Part shown: piece by piece, positions 1 to 12,000 of the stretch
Position numbering within the stretch: the stretch's first letter is position 1
Layout: the number at the start of each line of letters is the position of its first letter
Source of the DNA: an uncultured bacterium
GTDB taxonomy: Bacteria > Patescibacteriota > Minisyncoccia > Phycocordibacterales > PALSA-1337
NCBI GenBank assembly: GCA_903872035.1
Contig: CAIQIZ010000011.1
Coordinates: 1-54,024 of the forward strand
Direction: 5' to 3'
Length of the DNA: 54,024 bases
Program-made: the position numbers and the translations under genes
Notes under the pieces: generated by a model
Told to the model about the DNA's origin: nothing
The model's database searches: none
The model's input: the letters and a program-made list of their open reading frames with translations, nothing else

Positions 1-3000
1 AGGAACCGGTACTAGTGGCGAAATGCAATCCATCAGTTGAAGTGGCGGTGTAGAGAAGGATGGTAGAACCATTGTTTGCTGGAGCGTTGAAGTATATGGT
101 GGCTTGACTGTCGCCGCTAGAGACGGAAGTGATCGTAGGTGCATCGGGAATAGTTGCCGGCATGACAGAAATACTGGCCGCCGAAGGAGAGCTTGTCCCA
201 GTACTATTGGTCGCAGTAACGGTAAATGTATAGCTAGCACCATTATTCAAACCACTGATTGTGATCGGAGAAGTGGTGCCAGTCGCAGTCTGTCCCCCGC
301 TTGAGGTCACCACATATCGGATTATCGCAGAGCTTCCATTATCTACTGGTGGAGTAAATGTGATGGTCGCGCTATTGGAACCAGCAACAGCGACTATATT
401 CGTCGGTGGATTTGGGATATTTTGATAATTGAAATACGGATAAGTCGAAGCTTCAGCAATCTTCCAGATAAGCGAGGTGAAGTCCCAACCCGTATAAGTA
501 GCCTGGTGCTGCATGACTGGAGTAGTCGTTCCTGTCATGACTCCGATTCCTGAATTCATAAGATCAGTGAGTGCCGTTCCATCTTGGGCAACTGCTACAA
601 GCAAACCATTTCCATAAGCAACAGCATTCCATAAGCGAGCCGAAGCACTTGTCTGGCTCGTCCAAGTGATTCCATTCGGTGAAGTCATGATTTGAGTCGC
701 GACTGCTCCGTCATATGCGACTGCTACGAATAGCCCATTCCCAAATGTGACTGATGTCCACTGTCTGGCCGAAGGACTTGTCTGACTAAACCAGTTAACT
801 CCATCAGTAGAAGTCATGATCTGTGTCGCGACGGCTCCATCGTATGCGACTGCCACGAATATTCCATTTCCATACGTTACTGAACGCCATTGACGAGCTG
901 AAGGGCTTGTCTGACTGAACCAATTCACCATATCAGAAGATGTCATGATCTGATTGGCAGTAGTACCATCTTGAGCGACAGCCACGAACATACCATTACC
1001 GTATGTGACAGAACGCCATTGACGAGCTGAAGGGCTAGTCTGAATGAACCACTGTATTCCATCAGATGATGTCATGATCTGGCTTGTTGTCGCAGTGCTG
1101 GAAGCAACCGCCACAAAATATCCATTTCCATAAGTCACTGAGTACCACTGCAGTCCCGACGGACTAGTTTGGTTCGACCAATTGATCCCATTGGAAGATG
1201 TCATGATCTGGGTCGTAGTCGCGGTACTTGAGGCGACTGCTACGAATATTCCATTACCGAAAGTGATCGAGGACCATTGACTGGCAGACGGGCTGGTTCG
1301 AGCTAGCCATACCTGACCGTCGATCGACGTCATGATCTGGTTAGCCGTGGTACCATCCGATGCTACTGCCACGAAAATACCATTGCCATAAGCAACTGAA
1401 CGCCATTGACGGGCAGACGTGCTTGTCGCAACTGCCCAAGCAAAGCCTCCAGTAACTCCATTCAATTTTCCAGAATATGTAGCATCGAAATAATCTGAAA
1501 CATAGCTGCCACCCAATGAAGAACCTACCAAACCTCCGACATATTGTGTACCTGATCCGCCAAGTGTTCCTGCACCACCATTTGAACCACCTGTGCCACC
1601 AGTACCTTTTGCACCACCAGCGCCACCAGTAGCACCTGAAGTTTTTGTCCCACTAGGCGCTCCGATCGAATATGCATTTGTTACAGCTGAAGTGTTATTT
1701 GTTCCCAAAAGGCCGCCGACAAATGCATTGGCACCCGTTCCGCCGTTGCCGCCGGTCAAACCGTTCCCATTGGCACCATTACCTAAAGTTCCGGTTCCAC
1801 CATTTCCACCAGGGCCGCCAGGGCCTCCATTACCGGGAGTCCCTGCCGTCGAGCTGGCAGAACCAGTCGAATAAGCATTGGTAATGACACCTGTATTTTG
1901 TCCGACCAAACCTCCACCATAGACATCACCTCCGTTACCACCGTTACCGCCGGCAGATCCATCTCTTCCTGTGCCTCCAGTCCCAGAAGTTCCACCGGTA
2001 CCTCCAGCTCCACCTTGACCACCTGTCCCACCAACGACACCATTACCTCCGACCATGGTGACATTGCCAGATGAGTAGCTTGTGTTAAAACTTCCTGTCG
2101 TAAGGTTCGCCCCAATAAAACCTCCAGCATAGCTCGTTCCGCCAGCGCCACCATTGCTGCCACCGAGACTTGTTCCACCGTTGCCGCCGTTTTGATTGCT
2201 AGTGGTTCCAGCATCACCTCCTCTTCCTGCGGTACTGCTAGCTCCAGCTGTCCCACCATTACCTCCAACAGTATAAATATTTCCGGAAGACCAAGAATCT
2301 TGAACTATTCCAGCGGTGAAATTTTCTCCAAGAAAACCACCGGCAAATAGGTTACCGCCAGTTCCAGCCGCTGCAGTCGTATTCTCGTTACCACCCACTC
2401 CGCCAGCACCGGTCGGACCACCATCCCCACCTCTACCACCGTTGCCCCCAGCACCACCAGCACCACCGGTTCCACCATAGACATTCACATTTCCAATAGA
2501 ATAATCGGTGTAAAGCGTTCCAACGTTGTAGCCAACAAAACCTCCGGCGTATGCAATACCCCCAGCCGATCCTGCAGTCCTAACACCAGCCTGTCCGCCA
2601 GTTCCGCCAGCTCCACTTGCCTGACCATCTCCGCCCCTACCACCATCACCTCCCTCTCCGCCAGCTCCACCATTGCCGCCATACAAAGTCACCGTCCCAG
2701 TTGACCATGAATCCTTGATCGTTCTTCCTGATTCGTTTGCGCCAGCAAAACCTCCGGCATAGGCGTTTGTTCCTGCACCCGAAGCCGCAGCAGATCCTCC
2801 AGCACCACCGTTGGCTCCGGCACCGCCAGCACCCCCTACTCCACCTTGAGCTCCGATACCTCCCGCTCCACCAGCACCTCCTATTCCGGCTCTGCCAATG
2901 ACATTGCTAGTAGAATATGAATTTAAATATATTGTTCCATTATTATCTCCGACAAAACCGCCAACATATAGCGCGCCAGGAAGCGCTGCCACTGCTGAAC

Positions 3001-6000
3001 CGCCAGTAAATCCATCGCCGCCTTTTCCTGCCGTTCCTGGTAATCCTCCGTCACCTCCTTTACCGCCGTTACCACCATTACCGCTAGTAGCATCGATAGT
3101 CGTACCAGTGGCATAACTGGAAATAGTAGTACTGGCAGCGTTTTGGTTATAGCCGATAAGACCTCCGGAATAATTTGCTCCACCGATTCCACCAGTTCCA
3201 CCAGTGCCTCCAGGGCCTCCGATATGAGTGCTAGTTCCAGCTGACCCATCGCCACCCTTTCCACCTTCCCCGCCTGTGCCACCGTTTTGAGACACAGACA
3301 ATACCGAGCTATTTGCAAAGGAACTAATAATTATTCCTGTCGCTTCATTGTTACCGATGAGACCGCCAGCGTAAATAGCTCCACCGTTACCACCTGCTCC
3401 ACCATTACCACCAGAAGCTGCAGTACCTCCTGAAAGCGTTCCTGATATTCCTCCCGGACCTCCCTTTGCCGCAGTACCAACGCTGCCACTATAGGCAAAA
3501 ACATTTCCTGTAGCATAAGAAGTATCTTCTACAATACCAGTATTGTCTCCGACCAGTCCGCCGACATAGACTGCTCCACCGTTACCTGTCGCACCGCCGT
3601 TACCGCCAACTCCACCCTTCGCGCTAGTTACTCCTGGGCCGCCATGACCGCCGATAACTCCGATCTTTCCATCTCCCGATGTTCCTCCGGTTGCGTAAAC
3701 ATTAGCTGTCGAATAGCTACTGCTTATAGATAAGTTCATGCTTGCGGTTGAAACCGTCCTTCCAACCAAACCTCCTGCATAAGCAGCACCTCCGGCACCG
3801 CTTGTACCTGCTGCACCAGTCGCGCCTCCAGCGCTGTCCGTTCCTCCATAACCAGATGTTCCTGCAGTTCCTCCATCACCACCCTTACCTCCCATAGCAA
3901 TCACTGTATTGCTCAGCGAATATGAGTTCGTATAATTTCCTTCTCCAGCACTTGCCCCACCATAGCCAACCAGACCTCCGGCGTCTGCCTCACCACCAAT
4001 ACCACCGTTACCACCTATACCGCCGTTACCGCCAGCCGCAGTTGAAGTACCGTCAGCCCCGATGCCACCTGTATTTCCCATGCTGCCTCTGCCACCTAAG
4101 GCATAGACATTTCCCGTCGCGTATGAATTTAGAATATCGTTCACGCCTCCAGCCAAAGTCACCTTGTTGTTTCCAATGAGACCTCCAGCATAAGCGGCAC
4201 CTCCAGTTGAAACTGTAACAGCACCGCCTCCGTTAAGACCGGTTACGTTAGGGCGTGAAAGAGCAGCGTCGCCAGATTTTCCACCCGTTCCAGCATTTCC
4301 ACCAGTTGAAGTTGCGCTGACTGTAGCGAACACTCCGATGTAATCTATCTGTCCTGATGTAAGAGCGCTGTATCCAACCAAACCTCCAGCATCTGCTTCG
4401 CCACCGGCACCTGACTGTCCTCCGAGGACTGCCCCGGCAGCGACGTGACCGGAAACTCCCAAAAAGGCGCTTCCGGCTGCTCCAGCAGAGCCGCCATCGC
4501 CGCCATAACCTCCTTGAACAACGACATTTCCGGTTGCATATGAATTGACTATTTGCAGAATCGGACCAGTCGTTCCGCTTATGCGACCAACCAAACCTCC
4601 ACCATAGGCTGCGCCGCCAGCGTATCCAACAGCACCGGCAATACCTACAGCAGATGTTCCACCTGATACTGCTCCGGAAGCACCGCCAGATCCGCTATTT
4701 CCTCCTGTTCCACTTCCACCTCCAAAGACTTTTATGTTTATATTTGAATATGAACCTTGAATAGTTCCAGTAGTACCAGGAAGATAATCGCCGACAAGTC
4801 CGCCGATAGCACGGAGTCCGCCGTAACCTCCCGCTCCACCAATGACACCGATGCCTCCCATGCTCGACACTGAACCTGCACCGCCACTTCCACCATTACC
4901 ACCTTTGCCTCCCGGTTGTTCGGTTCCAGAAATCGTGATTCCATCCGAGAAAGATGAAGTGATGTTTCCGGAACTGAACCCAACGAGCCCACCAATAACC
5001 GCTCCGACCGCTCCGCTAGCCCCGCCTCCAGTTCCAGCCGCCGCCCCTCCCTGTCCGCCAGCGCTACCAACTAATAGTCCAGAACCACCATTACCAGCAT
5101 TTCCGCCTTTACCAGCCGAACCGCCATTCGCAACAATATTTCCTTCTCCAGTCGTTGAATCATAACCTGCATATGATGAGACAATGTCCGATGTCGTATA
5201 GCCTATGAGACCTCCTGCGTATATAGCACCTGGGGCACCGCCGTTTCCACCGTTCGAACCGGCCGTTCCGCTAGTTGATGTAGCTGTCCTTCCATCAGTT
5301 CCATCCATACCAGATCCGCCAGTGATATTGAGTGTTGTTGTAGAAAATGAATTGGTCTCAACGACTCCTGTTGTATATCCAACAAGACCACCTGCATATA
5401 TCTGCCCTCCAGCACCTCCAGCACCTCCAGCACCACCCAGACCATATATTGCTGCTGCCACGTTGACTGATCCTGCACCGCCTATTCCTCCAAAGGCCGA
5501 GGTTCCCCCTGACGCACCATTGATTGTTATTGTTCCACCTTTTGCATATGAACTAGTGACCGTCCCCAAAGTGATGCGACCTACTAGACCTCCGACTTGA
5601 ACAGCCGTGCCGGCACCAGTGGCTCCTGATCCACCAGCACCACCGACTCCACCGACTCCACCGATCTCGCTTGCACCAAGAGAGCCATCTCCACCATCGC
5701 CGCCTCTAGATCCAGCACCACCTGTACCGGCGATCACTGTTATATCAGTCGATGTAGCATATGAATTTCTTATGACCGCCAAGATCGTAGTATCTTCTCC
5801 GACCAGTCCACCGACGTTCATGAGTCCGCTCGCCCCTCCAGCGCCGCCTGTGCCTCCCTGACCAGCAGTAACCGCAGTCGTGCTTCCAGATTTTCCAGCT
5901 GCGCCTCCGATTCCACCAACACCGCCGTTGCCGCCGATAGCTTGAATGAATCCGGAATAATGATAACTGTTGTCTACAGTTCCAGTGAATTGACCGATGA

Positions 6001-9000
6001 GACCGCCAGTATAATTTGCTGCGCCAGCACCACCGATTATACCGTTACCTCCATCACCTCCTTTAAATCCGTATCCACCGGTGTTACCTGTTCCGCCGCT
6101 TCCTCCCACACCGCCAGTTCCAGAAGTTCCACTAACTATACTGGTCGAATATGAATCGACGACCAGGCCGATCGTTCCTATACCGATGAGTCCGCCGGTG
6201 TATGCTATGCCTCCAAGCGCAGTCGCGCCGCTACCTCCAGCACCTCCATTGCCCCCGATGGCGGCATTGCCAGCACCACCATCACCACCTTTTCCAGCCG
6301 ATCCAGCACTACCGGCAGTCGAGGATGCCATACCCATCGAATACGAGTCGCTCACCAAAATGTACGAGCTCGTGAGTCCGACCAAACCACCGACATAAGT
6401 GTAACCACCAAAACCTCCGACGCCCCCGGTTCCACCAAGACCTCCAGCCATCGATGCCGCCCCATCGCCACCAGTTGCTCCTTTTGCTCCCAAACCTCCC
6501 ATCTGTCCAATGACCATCACTGTACCGGTTGCATAAGAAAATCTGATAGTATCTCCAGCACCAGCCGCTGCTCCGATGAGCCCCCCGGCATAAGTGTAGG
6601 CTCCTGACGCTCCTCCAGCACCTCCAGCTCCGCCTGCTCCTCCTTGAGCTCCGATAGTTCCTGGAGTTGATGTCCCACCCGCTCCTCCGATACCCGCAGT
6701 AATGGACACATTGTTAGTCGAATATATAGTATCGAAAAGAATATAGTTTGATCCGCTATAACCAACCGCGCCTCCAGCGTAGCTCGCACCGGTGACACCA
6801 CCGTTACCACCAGTTCCACCTGTGCCGTTCTTACCAGCACCTCCACCACCGACTCCACCATTTCCACCAGTACCTCCTATGCCGCCACTCGAACCTGAAA
6901 CGATGGTGATATTTCCTCCGATCGCATGTGATAAAGAAATATTTCCGTTACCCTGACCTGCCAAACCTCCAAGGTATATGACGCCACCGTTTCCACCGTT
7001 TCCACCAGTGCCTGCGACCCCTCCATTGAAGCCAGCCAAGCCTCCGCTTCCACCATCGCCACCGTTACCACCATTACCCCCGTTTCTTCCGCTGGCAGAT
7101 ATACTTCCGATAACTTCCGAATTCAATATTACTCCTGGATTATCTCCAGCCAACCCTCCAACCAAAGTCGTTCCACCAATACCTCCAGCTCCACCACTAC
7201 CTGCCTGACCTCCAGTTCCTACTGAAACGCTTCCCGTCGTAGACCCCGCATTTCCACCTCTTGCACCATTACCTCCCCAGCCACCGATGACATTTATAGA
7301 TGTAATAGTGTAATGAATATCTCTGATGATCCCAGTATTTGATCCGGCGATACCACCTCCATAATCAGCCCCTCCGTTACCTCCGGCTCCGCCCGTGCCA
7401 CCACCTCCACCAGCAGCTCCGGTTCCTGCTCCACCAACTCCACCGATACCACCATCACCTCCGCTTCCTCCAGTTGAATTAATCCAACCAAGATTATTTG
7501 CATTTATTATCGTAGTCCCCAACACTCCGTTATATCCCATGACTCCTCCGACATATGCAGCTCCGCCGATTCCACCAGCACCACCCGCGATACCTCCAAC
7601 TCCCGTACCGCTCGTTCCTGCAGCACCGCTTGCGCCGCCTGCTCCACCATTTCCAGCGCGACCGCCAGTAGAAGAAGCATCGCCTGTCGCAAATGTATCA
7701 TCGCTGACCAGAGCCAAGCTGTAACCGACCAAACCTCCAGCGGAAGCCACGCCACCAGTTCCACCTATTCCACCCTGTATACCCACAATGCCAGCATTTC
7801 CATTTGTTGAGTTTCCGCTCGCCGCTCCTGTCGTCCCATCTCCACCTCTACCTCCCGTAGCATAAGCATCTCCCGAAGCATGAGATCCCCCTTGGATATT
7901 TCCACCAGCCGCATTGTATCCGAGAAGCCCACCGGAATATGCTGCGCCACCAGTTCGAGAAGTTATATTCCCAGCCGTATCTCCCAAACCATTTGCGCCT
8001 CCTGTAAATCCCAAACCTCCACTAACCACTCCATTTCCTCCTTTGCCACCAGAGCCAGGCATGCCTCCATAACCTCCTGTTGAAGATGCTATACCTGTAG
8101 CATATGAATTATTGATTATTCCATTGCTGTAAGCTACCAAACCTCCAGCATATGCGGCGGCCGGTGCTGAAACTGCTCCACCCGCTCCTCCGGCAGCTCC
8201 CAAACCACCAGCTCCACCAACCCCACCATTACCAGAACCTCCACCGATCGCACTGACTGAGACCAGAGCAAAAGAATTCTGCACAACTCCATTCTGGGTA
8301 CCGCTCGTAAAATTGTTTCCAACGATACCTCCTGCATATGCAATGTTCCCAGCAGCTCCCGCTCCACCGATTCCACCCTGACCTCCAGCCGATCCAGTTC
8401 CTCCCACACCTCCGTCACCACCGTTGACTCCATTTCCTCCAGCGCTTCCAACTGCCAGAACTGAACCTAGTCCGATATTCGCATTAGTGATCGTCGTGAC
8501 GCTCTGTCCAGCTATGCCTCCGGCATATGCGATCGCCCCAGCTCCACCAGCGCCACCAGTTGCTCCAGCCGCACCAAGGTGACCAAGGCTACCGAACGCA
8601 CCGCTTCCAGCAATTCCAGCTGCAGCTCCATTTTTACCTGCTGATGCCACAGCTATGACCGTACTAGAAGCGTAAACATTTGTGATTGCGTTCGTGGTAT
8701 CTCCGGCGATTCCACCCGCGAAAGCCGCCGCACCAGCTCCACCAGTTCCTCCAGTCTGACCAGCAGCCGCAGTTCCAGTGCTTATCGTTGAAGTGCTGTT
8801 CCCGCCATTGCCGCCATAACCAGCATCACCGGCGATCCCAGCAAAGGCCGAAACATTTCCCAACATGAGCGATGTCGAAATCGATGTGATCACTCCAGCA
8901 TTTCTTCCGACAAATCCCCCAGCATAAGCGACTCCTCCCTGACCTCCATTACCTCCGGTTCCCGAAGCGCCTCCAGCAAATCCAGTTCCACCATTTTTTC

Positions 9001-12000
9001 CACCATCGCCACCGGACCCGCCTCTGCCTCCGTTACCTCCAGCTCCGCCCGAGACTGTCGTGCTAGCCGTAGATGAGGCATTGGAGAGGGTGCCGATGAT
9101 AAATTTTCCAATGATCCCACCTCCATCGGCTTCACCTCCGGTCCCACCGTTCTGTCCTAGCTGTCCAGCACCCCCAGTCGTAGTCGTACCGTTAGCTCCA
9201 TTGCCTCCGGTTCCGCCGATTCCTCCCATACCGGCATTTACGATAATATTTCCTGCAGAATATGCATTGAGAATATCTCCAGCATTCTGATAACCAACTA
9301 TTCCAGCCACGTAAGCAACACCACCGTTAGCACCGGCAGTTCCGGCAGTACCAGCCATACCAAGGATCCCATCTATCCCATTGGCTCCGGCGCCTCCGGC
9401 TCCGGATGTGCCGATAACATCGCCGATAGAATACACATTTGTGAGTATTCCTCCAGAAGAACCAACTGTGCCATCAGCACCGGTAATTCCACCCTCATAA
9501 ATAATCGCGCCAACGGTTGCCGTTCCACCAGGACCAGCCAGACCGCTTCCGCTTCCAGCACCTCCTGCTCCAGCGGCACCTCCAGCTCCAGCGGTTCCAT
9601 TTATTGCTCCAGTCATATGATAGCTATCAGTGATGAGAAGCGTGTTGTTACCAGCAACTCCTCCGACGTAGATTACTCCTCCGGCGCCACCAGTACCACC
9701 GCCGGCCGCAGTCAAATTCGCCCGACCAGCTGCTCCGTTACCACCCGCGCCTCCAGCCCCAGCAGTTGCTGATATAGCGTTCGTAGAAAATGAATACTGG
9801 ATAGTTCCAATGTTGCTACCAGCTAGCCCGCCAGCGTATGAGTTAGCGATCGTAGCATTGTTACCTGCACCGCCATTTCCTGTAGTTCCAGCTGCACCAC
9901 TCAGACCGCTCGTTGCCAGACCACCAAGCCCACCCGTTCCTCCGATACCACCGATTCCACCATGTAAGTAAATCAATCCGGTTGTTGAATAGGCAGAAAC
10001 GATCAACCCAGAATTTTGTCCTGCAATACCGCCGACCAAGGCTGTTCCTCCAGTTCCTCCAGCAGCGGCGGCATCAGCACCGCCGGCTCCTCCACCCGTT
10101 GCACCAGAACCGCCGATGCCTCCAGCTCCAGCGATTTTTCCATCTGCTCCAGTGGCAGAGACAGAACCTATAGAATATACCTGACCAGCAGTGCCGTTAA
10201 TTATTCCACCCGTTCCATTTTGAGCAACGATGCCTCCAGCGTAAGCCACACCTCCAGCACCGCCGCTTCCACCATTACCGCCAGCCGCCGTATTATTTCC
10301 AGGACTCGTGCTAGCATTCCCTCCCGCAGATCCAACAGTAGCTATTCCGCCAAATGATTGGATGGTCCCGGTTGCAAAAGATCCCGCTTCGATCACGGCA
10401 TTATTTACTCCGACCAAACCGCCGGCATATGAGAAACCTCCAGCGCCACCAGCCGCTCCGTTCCCACCAATACCAGAAATCGATGGGAGAGTTCCTCCGG
10501 CACCACCATTTCCAGCGAGACCTGCCGCCCCTCCAACACCTCCGATAGCTGTGACATTTCCTTCGGAATTTGAGGCTGTTATAGTTCCGGAATTTGTCCA
10601 GCCGACCAAACCTCCGGTATAGCTTACCCCGCCGGCGCCCGGCACTCCAACTGCTCCGCCGGCGCCTCCAATACCTGTCCCTAGAGTGTATCCGCCTTCA
10701 CCGCCGTTACCGCTGGCTCCACCTGTTCCTCCTATTCCCATGACCATAGCAGTCGAACATGAATTTGTAATATTGCCTTGTTGGAAGAATCCAACCAAGC
10801 CCCCAACGTAAACCGTACCACCAAGAGCCGCCGCATTGCTGACAGAAAGCCCTCCGGCTCCGGCCGTACTAGCACCGCTTGCTATCCACCCTCCTTTGCC
10901 TCCATAACCTCCCAAACCTCCTGTTCCACCCATACCGATGATGCTTCCAGAAACATTCACATTTGTGATCAGTCCGGAATTATAAGCGACTAGACCTCCG
11001 ACATACAAAGTCCCACCCGCCCCACCAGCTGTCGGAGTAGTCGTTCCATTGGCGTTTGCTGAAGCTGTTACTGTTCCACCCATTACCCCGTCGTTGCCGT
11101 TCACTCCTGCTGTTCCAGGAGTACTGGTAGCATTGATAGAAATATTTGAAAGAGTGACATTTCTGATTTGACTGACAGAATATCCGAATAGTCCGACATA
11201 GCTCGATGAAGTCGTCGAAATATAAAGATTGCTTATCTTATACCCACCACCATCAAAATCGCCAGTGAAGTTTGTTGTGGCATTTCCGATAGGGATGAAT
11301 CCGGTGTTCTGATTCCACGCGGTCGTGGATGCGGCATCGATGTCGTTAAACAATTTGAACGAGCTCGTCAAGCTAGTCCTCATTGCCTGCAAACCGTAAA
11401 CATCATAGATCATGAACGGATCAGCGCTTATGCCTGTGCCAGTGTATCGACGAAATGTCCCGGCATTCAGGGCGAAGTTACCTGCCGCAGAAAAAGTGTT
11501 TACAGCAGGATTCATAGCAGTGAATGTGGCCGCTGATGTTTCCACAAAGTTACCGGATTGCCCACTAGTATTGACTATGAAAAGAGGTGCGTTCTGGACG
11601 ATTGTCCCCGTATATCCAGTCGAAGTTCCAATAGTAAACGAACCGACCGTCGTGGTCGCATTGATAGTCACGATTGAAGCACCCGTGCCTGAAAAGTTAT
11701 CGAAAAAGACGCTGGTATTAGGACCTGGCAGGTTCCCACTTCTAGCTATGCCATTCGACGAAGTAGCCCAATGGTTCGTATCATCAGACCAGTTTCCAGT
11801 CCCATTGACCCAGTAAGCGATATTCGGAGCTGGGTCGACGACATAGTCTATGTCGGTGTTCCCAATGATCTTCAGATCAAAAACTGCCGTCGGAATCAAG
11901 AGATCTGTGAGCAATATCCGATATTTGCCATCCTGGTCGATCTGGAAAGTGGCCTGGAGCGGACTGCCTTCGGTAGTATTTCCTAGAGCATCAGTGTAGA

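Noticed and set aside
570-1440. CRISPR array or DGR template/variable repeat pair
   Set aside because: The repeats are 129-nt coding units with codon-type variation and no unique spacers; no cas or reverse transcriptase gene is in the window.
1500-11100. Mycobacterial PE-PGRS gene or collagen-like protein
   Set aside because: There is no PE domain, the tracts are GGX rather than GXY, and they are regularly interrupted by GLUG cores.
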